From a virus: a DNA stretch of 64,000 nucleotides. The stretch spans positions 3,931 through 67,930 of IMG/VR virus record IMGVR_UViG_3300042691_037641, one strand, 5' to 3'. Numbering within the stretch: position 1 is the stretch's first letter; each line of letters begins with the position of its first letter. The position numbers were made by a program, and so were the translations under genes. Shown here one piece after another: positions 10,540-20,880 of this stretch. The notes under the pieces are model-generated. The model did not search any database and was not told the DNA's origin. It saw only the letters and a program-made list of their open reading frames with translations.

Positions 10540-11527
10540 GAAAAAAGAAGTGGGTTTGGACTCAATCAAGTCTAAATTCTCATCGAAAACAAAGTACAAA
10601 GAAGAGAATTACTACAATTGTGGTGAGGCTTTCTTGGAGGCTTGCGGATTACCAGGCCCTGTTATGGGTGGTATTAGTATGTTTTTGGGTCACTCGAATT
10701 CATCAAAAACCACAGCAATGATTTTGGCTGCGGTTGATGCTCAGAAAAAGGGTCACCTACCTGTTTTTATCATTACGGAAAAAAAATGGTCTTGGACACA
10801 CGCTGTTGAGTTAGGATTGGTTGCTTCCCAAAACTCGGATGGAGAGTGGGATGGAGATTTTATCTTTAACGATAGTTTTGATTATATCGAACAAGCAACT
10901 GATTTTATTAATGAAGTATTAGACGCTCAAGAAAAAGGCGACCTACCATATAATCTATTGTTCTTATGGGACTCTGTTGGTAGCATTCCTTGTAAAATGA
11001 CATTTGAAGGTAAGGGTGGCAAGATGCACAACGCATCGGCCTTAGCCGATAAGATTGGTATGGGAGTTCATTCAAGGATTAGTAAGTCTAAAAAAGAGGA
11101 ATACCCATATTATAATACCATGGTTGTTGTTAATCAGCCTTGGGTTGATTTACCCGACAATCCTTTTGGTCAACCTGAAATTAAAGCAAAAGGTGGTGAG
11201 GCTCTTTGGTTAGCGTCGGCTCTTGTGTTCTTATTTGGTAATCAAAAGAAAGCCGGTATTAATCATATTACGGCAACTAAAAATGGAAGAACGGTTCGTT
11301 ACGCAATTAGAACTAAAATCTCTATTTTGAAAAATCACGTAAATGGTTTAGGATATTCTGACGGTAAAATTATCGCTGTCCCACAAGGATATATTCCTGA
11401 TACAAAAGAAGCTCTTGAAAAGTATAAGAAAGAGTATTCACAGTACTGGAACGCAGTTCTAACGGGGACTGGTGAAATTCTACTTGATGAGGAAGTAGTT
11501 GAAGAAGTTGATGGGTCGGACCTATAA
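10529..11527 (+). CDS. uvsX: RecA/UvsX-like recombinase
   Basis: P-loop GHSNSSKTT, Walker B LFLWDSVGS, VVVNQ, KAKGGEAL, KNH. ATG 10529 (MAIKK) is preferred over TTG 10520. Confidence 0.85.
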   Translation: MAIKKKEVGLDSIKSKFSSKTKYKEENYYNCGEAFLEACGLPGPVMGGISMFLGHSNSSKTTAMILAAVDAQKKGHLPVFIITEKKWSWTHAVELGLVASQNSDGEWDGDFIFNDSFDYIEQATDFINEVLDAQEKGDLPYNLLFLWDSVGSIPCKMTFEGKGGKMHNASALADKIGMGVHSRISKSKKEEYPYYNTMVVVNQPWVDLPDNPFGQPEIKAKGGEALWLASALVFLFGNQKKAGINHITATKNGRTVRYAIRTKISILKNHVNGLGYSDGKIIAVPQGYIPDTKEALEKYKKEYSQYWNAVLTGTGEILLDEEVVEEVDGSDL

Positions 11528-11537
11528 AAAAAATTAA

Positions 11538-12542
11538 GTGATTAAAACATTATTAATTGATGGTAATAACCTACTGAAGATTGGCTTTCACGGTGTGAAG
11601 GACTTTTTTCACGAAGGAAGACACGTTGGGGGTATTTGGCATTTTCTAAATACTACCCGACGTTTTATTGAGGAAGAAAACTTTGATAAGGTTGTTGTGT
11701 TTTGGGATGGAGAGGGTAGTTCTTTAACCCGTAAAATAATCTACCCCCAATATAAGGAAAACAGAAAACCAGGTTACGACTTTAAGGAGGAGTCATTCTA
11801 TGAACAAAAAAACAGGGTTAAACAATACCTTGAGGAGATGTTCATTCGTCAAGTAGATATCGATAACAACGAAGCGGACGACCTAATAGCTTATTATTGT
11901 CAAATTGCTAACGACGAGAATATAACCATATTTTCAAGTGATAAAGACCTCACACAACTCATATCCGATAATGTATCAATTTACTCCCCAAGTAAACGAC
12001 TAACGTTTAAGAAAGGGGATTATATCAAATTACAAGATGCGGAAATCCCCCACTATAATGTAAAAACATACAAGATTATATCTGGTGATAAGTCAGATAA
12101 TATTGATGGTATCTATTACTTGGGTGAAAAAACTTTAATCAAATTATTTCCTGAAATCCTTGACAGGGAGGTAACATTTAACGATATTTTGAACAGAGCC
12201 GAGGTATTATTAACTGAGGACAAAGAAAACAAAGCGTTACAAAACTTACTTTCAGGTAAAACAAAAACAGGAATTTATGGGAATGAATTTTTCGAGATTA
12301 ACAACAAAATCGTGGATTTATCTAATCCGTTAATCACAGAGGAAGGTAAGGAATTAGTCAAACTTTATTATAGTGAAACATTAGACCCCGAAGGTAGAGG
12401 ACATAGAAACCTAATCCGTATGATGATGGATGATGGGTTCTTTAAGTTCCTCCCAAAACACGACGAAGCATGGGTAAATTTCGTCAAGCCATTTATGAAA
12501 CTAACAAGAAAAGAAAAAAAACAATTTAAAACAAAACAGTAA
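11538..12542 (+). CDS. 5'-3' exonuclease / flap endonuclease (T4 RNase H / PolI N-terminal family)
   Basis: LLIDGNNL, YPQYKENR, EADDLIA, SSDKDLTQL, GDKSDNIDGI..LGEKT. GTG start. Confidence 0.9.
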   Translation: MIKTLLIDGNNLLKIGFHGVKDFFHEGRHVGGIWHFLNTTRRFIEEENFDKVVVFWDGEGSSLTRKIIYPQYKENRKPGYDFKEESFYEQKNRVKQYLEEMFIRQVDIDNNEADDLIAYYCQIANDENITIFSSDKDLTQLISDNVSIYSPSKRLTFKKGDYIKLQDAEIPHYNVKTYKIISGDKSDNIDGIYYLGEKTLIKLFPEILDREVTFNDILNRAEVLLTEDKENKALQNLLSGKTKTGIYGNEFFEINNKIVDLSNPLITEEGKELVKLYYSETLDPEGRGHRNLIRMMMDDGFFKFLPKHDEAWVNFVKPFMKLTRKEKKQFKTKQ

Positions 12543-12548
12543 TTTTTT

Positions 12549-13001
12549 ATGAAAGAGCAAGATTCAACAAAATTGGAGTTCTTGATGATGGTTAATGATA
12601 ACATCATCGTCCAAAGATTTTTTAATGTGAGAGATTATAATCCTTCAGCCAAATTTTCGGCCGAGTTGATTGAGTATCTCGCCGAGTTCAAAGGTATGTT
12701 CACACATCAATTGAAGATGAAAACAATTGATTATATGCTTGAGCATTCTTATGAAATTCAGAGTAATCCGGCAGTGTTAGACACGTCATATACTGATGGT
12801 CCCGAGCACTTTAACATCTTTATTAAGCAAGGTGATATGACAATTTGTCAGCATCAGATTGATGCCAAAGTTTTCCCTCCTAAAATAAGATACACCGTAG
12901 ATATCCGTCCGCACATAAAAACTTTGCTTTCGACTCTTACTGACATTTTTTCGTCAAGAAAATTATCTTATGAGTACGCCGGAATTACTTTGAAGTCCTA
13001 A
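12549..13001 (+). CDS. Hypothetical protein in the replication block
   Basis: 150 aa ORF packed between the exonuclease and helicase genes. Confidence 0.7.
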   Translation: MKEQDSTKLEFLMMVNDNIIVQRFFNVRDYNPSAKFSAELIEYLAEFKGMFTHQLKMKTIDYMLEHSYEIQSNPAVLDTSYTDGPEHFNIFIKQGDMTICQHQIDAKVFPPKIRYTVDIRPHIKTLLSTLTDIFSSRKLSYEYAGITLKS

Positions 13002-13030
13002 TATTTATCTAACACAACAATACATTTTTC

Positions 13031-14413
13031 ATGGCGTCAAACAAAAATTTCGATTATTTAGGGTCTTCCTTTCAAGTTCAATTATTAAATCAAATTATCA
13101 TAGATAAGGATTTCGGAAGGTCTATCATTGACGTTATCGAACAACAGTATTTCGAAAACAAATACTTCAAAATCATTATACAGATGATTAAGGAGTATCA
13201 CTCAAAGTATGAACACGTTCCTACTTTTGATACGTTAGAACAAATAACAAAGGCGGAGTTACAACAAGAGCTGGCGGCCAAAATTGTCCTCGACACAATT
13301 ACCAAAGTCAAAGAAGTTCAGATTGAGGGTTCTCAATTTGTACAAGAAAAGGCTCTCAAATTTTGTAAGCAACAAGAATTACAAAAGGCGATTACAAAGG
13401 CTCAAAAAGTAATTGACGGTGGTGAGTTTGAGAGTTATGACAAACTTGAAGAATTGGTTCGTGAGGCTTTACAAGTCGGTGAAAGAGAGGATGGAATGGC
13501 CGATGTATTCTCTAACCTAGATGATGTCCTAAATGAAGATTATCGTCACCCAATTCCGATGGGAATACCAGGAATTGACAGATTGTTAAAAGGTGGTTTG
13601 GCAAAAGGGGAATTAGGTGTTATATTAGCACCCACAGGTGTTGGTAAATCAACATTCTTGACCAAAATATCAAACCACGCATTTAATTTGGGATACAACG
13701 TACTTCAAATATTCTTCGAGGATAATCCAAAAATTATTCAAAGAAAACACATCACATTATGGACCAAAGTTCATCCTGATGAGTTATCAAACAAGAAGGA
13801 TGAAGTTATGGATAAGGTTAGGGATATACAAGGAAAGATGGAAAATAGACTAGTATTGAAGAAGCTACCATCAGATACCCTTACCATCCTTCAAATCAAA
13901 AACCAACTCAGAAAAATGATAGCCGATGGTGTTAAGTTAGATATGGTTGTTTTAGATTATATCGACTGTATCGTTCCTGATAAGAATTTGGGTGATGAAT
14001 GGAAGAGTGAAGGTTCGGTTATGAGAGGATTTGAGGCGATGTGTCACGAATTAAATCTTGTAGGATGGACGGCAACTCAAGGTAACAGAAGCTCAATATC
14101 ATCAGAAGTTGTAACAACCGACCAAATGGGAGGGTCAATCAAAAAAGCTCAAGTTGGCCACGTTATTATATCGGTGGCAAAGACATTACAACAGAAAGAG
14201 ATGAAACTGGCCACCATTGCGATAACCAAGTCAAGAATTGGTGATGACGGAATTGTATTTGAAAACTGTAAGTTCGATAATGGTATGTTAGAAATTGATA
14301 CCGAAAGTTCGGTAACATTCTTGGGACTTGAAGAACAGAAGGAAGAAAACAACAGACAGCGAATTAAAGATTTGCTGGACAAAAGAAAACAACGAGAACA
14401 ACAAAATAATTAA
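13031..14413 (+). CDS. dnaB: Replicative DNA helicase (DnaB / T4 gp41 family)
   Basis: [49 protein letters not shown]. Confidence 0.9.
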   Translation: MASNKNFDYLGSSFQVQLLNQIIIDKDFGRSIIDVIEQQYFENKYFKIIIQMIKEYHSKYEHVPTFDTLEQITKAELQQELAAKIVLDTITKVKEVQIEGSQFVQEKALKFCKQQELQKAITKAQKVIDGGEFESYDKLEELVREALQVGEREDGMADVFSNLDDVLNEDYRHPIPMGIPGIDRLLKGGLAKGELGVILAPTGVGKSTFLTKISNHAFNLGYNVLQIFFEDNPKIIQRKHITLWTKVHPDELSNKKDEVMDKVRDIQGKMENRLVLKKLPSDTLTILQIKNQLRKMIADGVKLDMVVLDYIDCIVPDKNLGDEWKSEGSVMRGFEAMCHELNLVGWTATQGNRSSISSEVVTTDQMGGSIKKAQVGHVIISVAKTLQQKEMKLATIAITKSRIGDDGIVFENCKFDNGMLEIDTESSVTFLGLEEQKEENNRQRIKDLLDKRKQREQQNN

Positions 14414-14418
14414 TTAAT

Positions 14419-15366
14419 ATGGAAAAGATTTTAGTAGAAAACCCAAATAGGTTTGTAATATTTCCTATCGAACATAACGATATTTGGGAGTATTATAAGA
14501 TGCACCAAGCGGCTTTTTGGACCGCAGAGGAAGTAGATTTATCCGGTGACATCCGTGATTGGGAAAATCTATCAGAAAATGAACAATACTTTGTTAAGAA
14601 CGTACTATCGTTTTTTGCGGCATCAGACGGTATTGTTAATGAAAACTTGGCAGAAAACTTCTATCGAGAAGTTCAATATCCTGAGGCCAAATTTTTCTAT
14701 GGAATACAACTTGCTATGGAAAATATCCATAGTTTAATGTACTCACTTTTGATTGATACTTATGTGTCAAACCCAAAAGAAAAGGATGAGTGTTTTCACG
14801 CAATTGATAGATTGCCGGCAGTACAAAAGAAAGCAAAGTGGGCACTAGAATGGATTACAAACGCATCGTTTCAAGAACGTCTTGTGGCGTTTGCGGCGGT
14901 TGAAGGAATATTCTTTTCAGGGTCATTTTGTTCAATCTTTTGGTTAAAGTCAAGAGGACTGATGCAAGGGTTGTGTAATGCTAACTCACTCATCTTCAAA
15001 GATGAAAACCTACACTGCGACTTCGCAATTCATTTGTTGAATAATCACTGTGAAGAAAAACCAAGTGAGAAAAGAATTAAAGAAATCCTTTTGTCAGCAC
15101 TTGAGATTGAAAAAGAATTTATCACCGAGTCACTTCCTGTTTCTTTAATTGGAATGAATTCAAACTTGATGAAACAATATCTTGAGTTTGTGGTGGATGG
15201 TCTCTTGGTTAAGTTGGGATGTAAAAAACAATTTAACGTTGAGCAACCATTTAAGTTTATGGAACAAATTGCGGTTGAAACCAAAGGTAACTTCTTTGAG
15301 TCACGTACCGTCGAATACCAAAAAGCAAAGTTGAACGAAACTTTGTCCTTTACAGAGGACTTTTAA
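14419..15366 (+). CDS. nrdB: Ribonucleotide reductase class Ia beta subunit
   Basis: [30 protein letters not shown] (radical Tyr), [20 protein letters not shown]-terminal FTEDF. Confidence 0.95.
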   Translation: MEKILVENPNRFVIFPIEHNDIWEYYKMHQAAFWTAEEVDLSGDIRDWENLSENEQYFVKNVLSFFAASDGIVNENLAENFYREVQYPEAKFFYGIQLAMENIHSLMYSLLIDTYVSNPKEKDECFHAIDRLPAVQKKAKWALEWITNASFQERLVAFAAVEGIFFSGSFCSIFWLKSRGLMQGLCNANSLIFKDENLHCDFAIHLLNNHCEEKPSEKRIKEILLSALEIEKEFITESLPVSLIGMNSNLMKQYLEFVVDGLLVKLGCKKQFNVEQPFKFMEQIAVETKGNFFESRTVEYQKAKLNETLSFTEDF

Positions 15367-15385
15367 TTTGTTATTTTTATAAACT

Positions 15386-17818
15386 ATGATGTCACTAAAA
15401 ATTAAAAAAAGAGGTGGGGAAGACGCGTCTTTTAACCCACAGAAAATATATAACCGAATTAAAAGGTCCGCAAAAGGTTTGAATGTAAATTCAGACGAAA
15501 TTTTTATTAAAGTAATCACTTCAGTACCAACTGAAGGTGAGATTACCACCAAGGAGCTTGATAAGTTGGTTTATGAAATCGCCGCGGCTTATACAGGAAG
15601 TCACCACGACTACTCAAGACTAGCATCATCGGTAGCAATATCCTCATATCATAAAGAGACGAGCCCAAGTTTTTCAAATACCATGCACACGTTACATGTT
15701 GATGGTATTGTAAATGATAAACTTATGGAGATTATCGAGACCTATGGACCTAGCAATATTGATGAGGTTATTAATCACGATAATGACTATAATTTTGACT
15801 ACTTTGCTTGGCGTTCATTACAAGAGATGTATCTTTTGAAGTTACCTAACGGTCAAACTATCGAAAGACCACAGCACATGTATATGAGAGTTGCTCTTTG
15901 GGTTACAAAATCATTTGAAGAGGCTGTTGAATATTACAAATCATTATCAAACCAGCTTATATCACCCGCAACACCAATCATGATTAATGCTGGAACAAAG
16001 GTCCCACAACTGGCATCTTGTGTTCTACATTACAATGACTCCGACTCAAGAGAGGGCCTTTTGAATACGATGAGAGACATCTCAACCTACTCATCCGACG
16101 CGGCAGGTATTGGACTTTCTATGTCAAATATTCGTAGTAAAGAAAGTCGTATCACATCTTCGGGTGGATATGCGGGAGGACTATTGAAGTACTTAAAGAT
16201 TGTAAATGAGTCACTCCGTTTCTTCAATCAACAAGGAAGAAGACCTGGCTCGGCGGCGATTTATTTAGAGCCATGGCACAAAGACATATTTGACCTACTT
16301 GATATCAAAAAGAACACAGGAGCTGAAGAATTAAGAGCTCGTGATTTATTCACCGCTCTTTGGTTACCTGATAACTTTATGAACGCTGTTAAAAACAACG
16401 ACGATTGGTATCTTTTCTGTCCTAATGATATTAAAAAGGCGGGTATCAAACCACTACAAGAAAGTTTCGGAAATGAGTATGAGGAAAACTACAAATTAGC
16501 CGTGAATATGGGACTTGGTAAAAAGGTAAAGGCACAAGAAGTTTGGAGTAAGATTATCGAGTCGCAAATTGAAACAGGAGTACCATACTTATGTTCAAAG
16601 GATAGTGCTAATAATAAAACCAATCACCAAAATATTGGAGTTATTAAACAATCAAACCTTTGTAATGAGATTTACCAATACACAGACGAGAAAACAACTG
16701 CAATTTGTACCTTGTCATCAATGGTATTAAAGAACTTTGTTAAAGATGGAGAATTTAATCACCAACTATTATATGAAGAAACTCGTAAGGTGGTTAGAGC
16801 TCTAAACAAAGTTGTAGATATCAATAACTACTCAACTGAAAAAGGTAAGAAAGGTGGTCTCGAACAAAGAGCAATAGCAATCGGAACACAAGGACTTGCC
16901 GATGTATTCTATTTAATGGATTATATCTTCACATCAGACGAAGCTCGTAAATTAAACAAAGAAATTTTTGAAACAATTTACTACGCGGCAATTACCGAAA
17001 GTTGTTCACTTTGTAAGTCAGGAGAATACTTTCCGTATGAATTTTTCGGAGGCTCACCAATGTCAAAGGGACAGTTTCAATTTGATATGTGGGGATTAAC
17101 TGAATCTGAACTTTCAGGTAGATGGAACTGGAATTCATTAAAAGAAGAAGTTAAAGATTATGGTGTTTGTAACTCTTTATTCACCGCTCAAATGCCTGTT
17201 GCTTCGTCGGCCAAAATCACAGGGTCATATGAAATGACAGAACCGGCTCACTCGGCAATATTTAATCGTCGTGTAGTTGGAGGAGAGATTATGATTGTGA
17301 ATAAGTACCTCATCAATGACTTTGAAAAGTTGGGTATTTGGTGTGAAGACCTAAAGAATGAAATTATATTAAACGAGGGGTCAATTCAAGCAATTAATTT
17401 TAACAATTATTTGGACCCTGAAGACAGAAACTACAATAAGAAAGTTAAAAGAATTGAACACCTAATCCCAAAGTACAAAACAATTTGGGAGATATCTCAA
17501 AAATCATTGATTGAAATGGCGGCAGACAGAGGACCATTTATTGACCAATCACAGTCGATGAATATCTACATGGGTAATCCATCTTTATCAAAGATATCAT
17601 CTTCTCACTTCTACAGTTGGGAAAAAGGATTAAAGACACTTTGTTACTATGTTAGAACAAAGGCAATCTCAACGGGGGCTAAACACTTGGCGGTTGATAT
17701 ATCTAAAGTATCAAAACCAAATGTAACACCCGAACCACCAAAGGTAGATTATAGTCATATGAATTTACCACCAAAACCTGAGAACTCCGATTTTGAATGT
17801 TTCGGATGTTCATCATAA
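15386..17818 (+). CDS. nrdA: Ribonucleotide reductase class Ia alpha subunit
   Basis: N-terminal ATP cone, QLASC, GRRPGSAA, SNLCNEI, YY pair in TLCYYVRT, C-terminal CFGC. Confidence 0.95.
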   Translation: MMSLKIKKRGGEDASFNPQKIYNRIKRSAKGLNVNSDEIFIKVITSVPTEGEITTKELDKLVYEIAAAYTGSHHDYSRLASSVAISSYHKETSPSFSNTMHTLHVDGIVNDKLMEIIETYGPSNIDEVINHDNDYNFDYFAWRSLQEMYLLKLPNGQTIERPQHMYMRVALWVTKSFEEAVEYYKSLSNQLISPATPIMINAGTKVPQLASCVLHYNDSDSREGLLNTMRDISTYSSDAAGIGLSMSNIRSKESRITSSGGYAGGLLKYLKIVNESLRFFNQQGRRPGSAAIYLEPWHKDIFDLLDIKKNTGAEELRARDLFTALWLPDNFMNAVKNNDDWYLFCPNDIKKAGIKPLQESFGNEYEENYKLAVNMGLGKKVKAQEVWSKIIESQIETGVPYLCSKDSANNKTNHQNIGVIKQSNLCNEIYQYTDEKTTAICTLSSMVLKNFVKDGEFNHQLLYEETRKVVRALNKVVDINNYSTEKGKKGGLEQRAIAIGTQGLADVFYLMDYIFTSDEARKLNKEIFETIYYAAITESCSLCKSGEYFPYEFFGGSPMSKGQFQFDMWGLTESELSGRWNWNSLKEEVKDYGVCNSLFTAQMPVASSAKITGSYEMTEPAHSAIFNRRVVGGEIMIVNKYLINDFEKLGIWCEDLKNEIILNEGSIQAINFNNYLDPEDRNYNKKVKRIEHLIPKYKTIWEISQKSLIEMAADRGPFIDQSQSMNIYMGNPSLSKISSSHFYSWEKGLKTLCYYVRTKAISTGAKHLAVDISKVSKPNVTPEPPKVDYSHMNLPPKPENSDFECFGCSS

Positions 17819-17822
17819 AATT

Positions 17823-17848
17823 AAATCCCGAGAAATCGGGATTTTTTT
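17823..17848 (+). terminator. Intrinsic terminator
   Basis: AAATCCCGA-GAAA-TCGGGATTT with a GNRA tetraloop, then a T run, after nrdA. Confidence 0.85.
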
Positions 17849-17855
17849 ATTTAGA

Positions 17856-17863
17856 TATTTATA
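17856..17863 (+). promoter_or_regulatory. TATTTATA motif, putative late promoter
   Basis: Lies just after a terminator and 3 nt before ATG 17867. Confidence 0.55.
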
Positions 17864-17866
17864 GAT

Positions 17867-18490
17867 ATGCCTGTGTATAATGAAAATATAGATTTGTTTA
17901 AATGTTTGGTTAGAGTTTCTCACTTTACAAAAAATCCTGAAGATGATAATAAATTTCACAAGGCATATGCTTTCGGAATACAATCAATTGCGGGTAAAAT
18001 ACTCACCTTTCATATTATGACCGATTATGGTATGTTAAGGTCAAGAGTACCATTATCAGAAATATTCATGAAAGAACCCGAGAACGATATACCCTTTCAC
18101 TTTAAGCAACTATGGGATTGTTTTTCAGAGAATGTTACAGTTACAACTTTCAATTATTTATATGAAAAAAGGTGTGAAGTTGTATTGAGAGACGGTAGTA
18201 AAGTTTGGGCAACTTATTTAATGACTGTGGATTGGTATAATAATTCTTATTCAGATGAACCATCGGATTATAAATGTGGACATATATTAATTGCGGATGA
18301 CGGATATTTAATGTGTCAACCAAACAACAGAATATATTGGAGGGACTCAAATTGGATTACAAACAAATTCCCAATTGAACCAAAACAAATAAAAGTGGAT
18401 ACAGATTTACCATCAGTTGAAACTTTGTCAGACAGGTGGGTTGCTGAAGATGGTGATAGTTACTACTATAACATAAACGAAATAAAGTAG
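17867..18490 (+). CDS. Conserved phage hypothetical protein
   Basis: 207 aa with QLWDCFS, YLMTVDW and QPNNRIYW motifs. Function unknown. Confidence 0.7.
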   Translation: MPVYNENIDLFKCLVRVSHFTKNPEDDNKFHKAYAFGIQSIAGKILTFHIMTDYGMLRSRVPLSEIFMKEPENDIPFHFKQLWDCFSENVTVTTFNYLYEKRCEVVLRDGSKVWATYLMTVDWYNNSYSDEPSDYKCGHILIADDGYLMCQPNNRIYWRDSNWITNKFPIEPKQIKVDTDLPSVETLSDRWVAEDGDSYYYNINEIK

Positions 18491-18498
18491 TATTTATA
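18491..18498 (+). promoter_or_regulatory. TATTTATA motif, putative late promoter
   Basis: Fills most of the 12-nt gap before gp25, 4 nt before the ATG. Confidence 0.55.
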
Positions 18499-18502
18499 TT
18501 AA

Positions 18503-18961
18503 ATGGCCTTAGGAACTACATATGGTATTAATTTTCCTTTCGCGGACTCACAGACCGGCAAGTATTTATTTTTAACTCAAACCGCAGATGAGGAAATAAG
18601 AACGGATTTAATTCACCTTCTTCTAACAAGAAAGGGGTCGAGATATTTTTTACCTGATTTTGGTACTCGTTTATATGAATTTATTTTTGAACCACTTGAC
18701 GGTCCTACATTTTCAGAGATTGAGGCCGAGATTAGAGAGTCCGTTGCAGAGTATTTACCAAATTTAACCATAACAAAAATATCGGTTAAAGCCGCTTCCG
18801 AAGGTGAAGAAGGTAAGGGTGAGTATGTAAATGACGATGGTCAGAAGGTGTATCGAGTACCTGGTATAGGTCAAATGGAGCACACAGCGGTCGTAAGAAT
18901 TGACTACACAATAACAGATAGTGTTTTTAATAGTAGTGATTTTGTTATAATTAATATTTAA
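18503..18961 (+). CDS. Baseplate wedge protein gp25-like
   Basis: GINFPF, LLLTRKGSRYFLPDFGTRLYEFIFEP, EYLPNLTI. Confidence 0.9.
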   Translation: MALGTTYGINFPFADSQTGKYLFLTQTADEEIRTDLIHLLLTRKGSRYFLPDFGTRLYEFIFEPLDGPTFSEIEAEIRESVAEYLPNLTITKISVKAASEGEEGKGEYVNDDGQKVYRVPGIGQMEHTAVVRIDYTITDSVFNSSDFVIINI

Positions 18962-18967
18962 TAGTAC

Positions 18968-20806
18968 ATGGCAAATAAGAAAATATCATATACCACCCGT
19001 GACTTCGAAGCGATAAGGACCGAACTCATCAATTTTACAAGAACGTATTATCCTGACCTCATTGACAACGTTAATGACGCTGCCGTGTTCTCGGTTTTAT
19101 TAGATTTAAACGCGGCTGTCACTGACAACCTACACTTCAACATAGATAGGAGTATTCAAGAAACAGTATTACAGTATGCCCAACAAAGGTCATCAATATA
19201 TAACATCGCTCGAACTTACGGGCTAAAAGTACCAGGTCAAAGACCATCGGTTGCTTTGGTTGATTTGTCAATTACGGTACCGGCATTTGGAGATAAAGAG
19301 GATTTGAGATATTGTGGTATATTGAGAAGAGGGTCACAAGTAAATGGGGCCGGTCAAGTATTCGAAACCGTGTATGATATAGATTTTTCATCGGCGGTTA
19401 ATGCTGAAGGGGCTCCGAATAGATTAGTTATACCAAATTTTGACTCAAACAATATTCTTTTGAACTATACAATTGTTAAACGAGAGACGGTTGTTAACGG
19501 TATTACAAAAGTATTTAAAAGAGTTATAACACCTAATGATGTAAAACCTTTCTTAGAGATATTCTTACCTGAAAAAAATGTATTAGGTGTTACAAGTGTA
19601 TTATTGAAAGATGGAACACAATACGCTAGCGTACCGTCAACACAAGAATTTTTAGGTTTAGATAATAGATGGTATGAAGTACAAGCTCTTGCTCAAGATA
19701 GAGTGTTTGTCGAAGACCCAACCAAAACATCAGACTCACCTGGAATAAAAGTAGGTAAATATATTACAACATCGAATAAATTTATTACAGAATTCACACC
19801 TGAAGGTTATATGAAAGTAACTTTTGGAGGAGGAAGTCAATCCGCGGATGAACAATTAAGGGAGTTTGCAAGAAACGGAATGAGTTTGGATTTATATAAA
19901 TACTCAAATAATTTTGCGCTAGGTAGTACGTTAAAATCTAATTCTACATTGTTTATTCAATATAGAATTGGTGGAGGTTTAAGTAGCAATGTTGGTGTTA
20001 ATGTTATAACTCAAATCGGTACGGTTTCTTTTTATGTAAACGGACCATCATCATCAGTTAATACAAGTGTGGTTAATTCATTGAGGTGTAATAATGTAAC
20101 CGCTGCAATTGGAGGGGCTAACATACCAACCATTGAAGAGGTTAGGAATTTAGTATCATTTAACTTTGCGGCTCAAAACAGAGCGGTTACGGTTAATGAT
20201 TATGACTCAATTATCAGAACAATGCCATCACAATTTGGGGCACCGGCCAAAGTTGCCATCACTGAAGAGAATAACAAAATTAAAATTCAAATGCTGGCTT
20301 ACGATGAGACAGGTAAATTAACTGAAGTTATATCTAACACTTTGAAAAATAATGTGGCTAATTACCTATCAAATTACAGAATGTTGAATGACTATATATC
20401 GGTTATGTCGGCAAATGTAATCGACCTTTCTCTAATAATTGAGGTTGTATTGGATAGTAGTCAAAATCAAGGGGCTTTAATATCACAAGTAATTAATATA
20501 GTAACAAACTTCTTTAGCCCTTTGAACAGACAAATGGGGGAAAACGTTTATGTGTCAGAATTAAGAAGACAAATTCAGAATGAAAATGGAGTGATAACTT
20601 TGGCAAATATAACATTCTATAATTTGGTTGGAGGACAATATTCCTCATCACAAACCTCACAAAGATATTCTGACCCCGAGACAAGACAAATCGAATTAAT
20701 CGATGACACTTTATTCGCCGAACCAAATCAAACCTATCAAATCAGGTTCCCTGGTAAAGACATTACTGTAAGAGTTAAAAACTTCAAGACAGTCAATTTC
20801 TCTTGA
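18968..20806 (+). CDS. Baseplate wedge protein gp6 / baseplate J-like
   Basis: YTTRDFEAIRTEL, AQQRSSIYNIARTYG, FGGG, YRIGGG..SNV, AIGGA...EEVR, QNRAVTVNDY. Confidence 0.9.
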   Translation: MANKKISYTTRDFEAIRTELINFTRTYYPDLIDNVNDAAVFSVLLDLNAAVTDNLHFNIDRSIQETVLQYAQQRSSIYNIARTYGLKVPGQRPSVALVDLSITVPAFGDKEDLRYCGILRRGSQVNGAGQVFETVYDIDFSSAVNAEGAPNRLVIPNFDSNNILLNYTIVKRETVVNGITKVFKRVITPNDVKPFLEIFLPEKNVLGVTSVLLKDGTQYASVPSTQEFLGLDNRWYEVQALAQDRVFVEDPTKTSDSPGIKVGKYITTSNKFITEFTPEGYMKVTFGGGSQSADEQLREFARNGMSLDLYKYSNNFALGSTLKSNSTLFIQYRIGGGLSSNVGVNVITQIGTVSFYVNGPSSSVNTSVVNSLRCNNVTAAIGGANIPTIEEVRNLVSFNFAAQNRAVTVNDYDSIIRTMPSQFGAPAKVAITEENNKIKIQMLAYDETGKLTEVISNTLKNNVANYLSNYRMLNDYISVMSANVIDLSLIIEVVLDSSQNQGALISQVINIVTNFFSPLNRQMGENVYVSELRRQIQNENGVITLANITFYNLVGGQYSSSQTSQRYSDPETRQIELIDDTLFAEPNQTYQIRFPGKDITVRVKNFKTVNFS

Positions 20807-20880
20807 TAATTTATTTTATTAGTATCTCCTCTATCTTTTGAAAATAGACAATAAACTATTTATTAAAAAATAGAGTAGTA

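Noticed and set aside
10529-17818. Introns or inteins in recA, helicase or nrdAB
   Set aside because: The ORFs are continuous and of normal length, with no intein or homing-endonuclease motifs visible.
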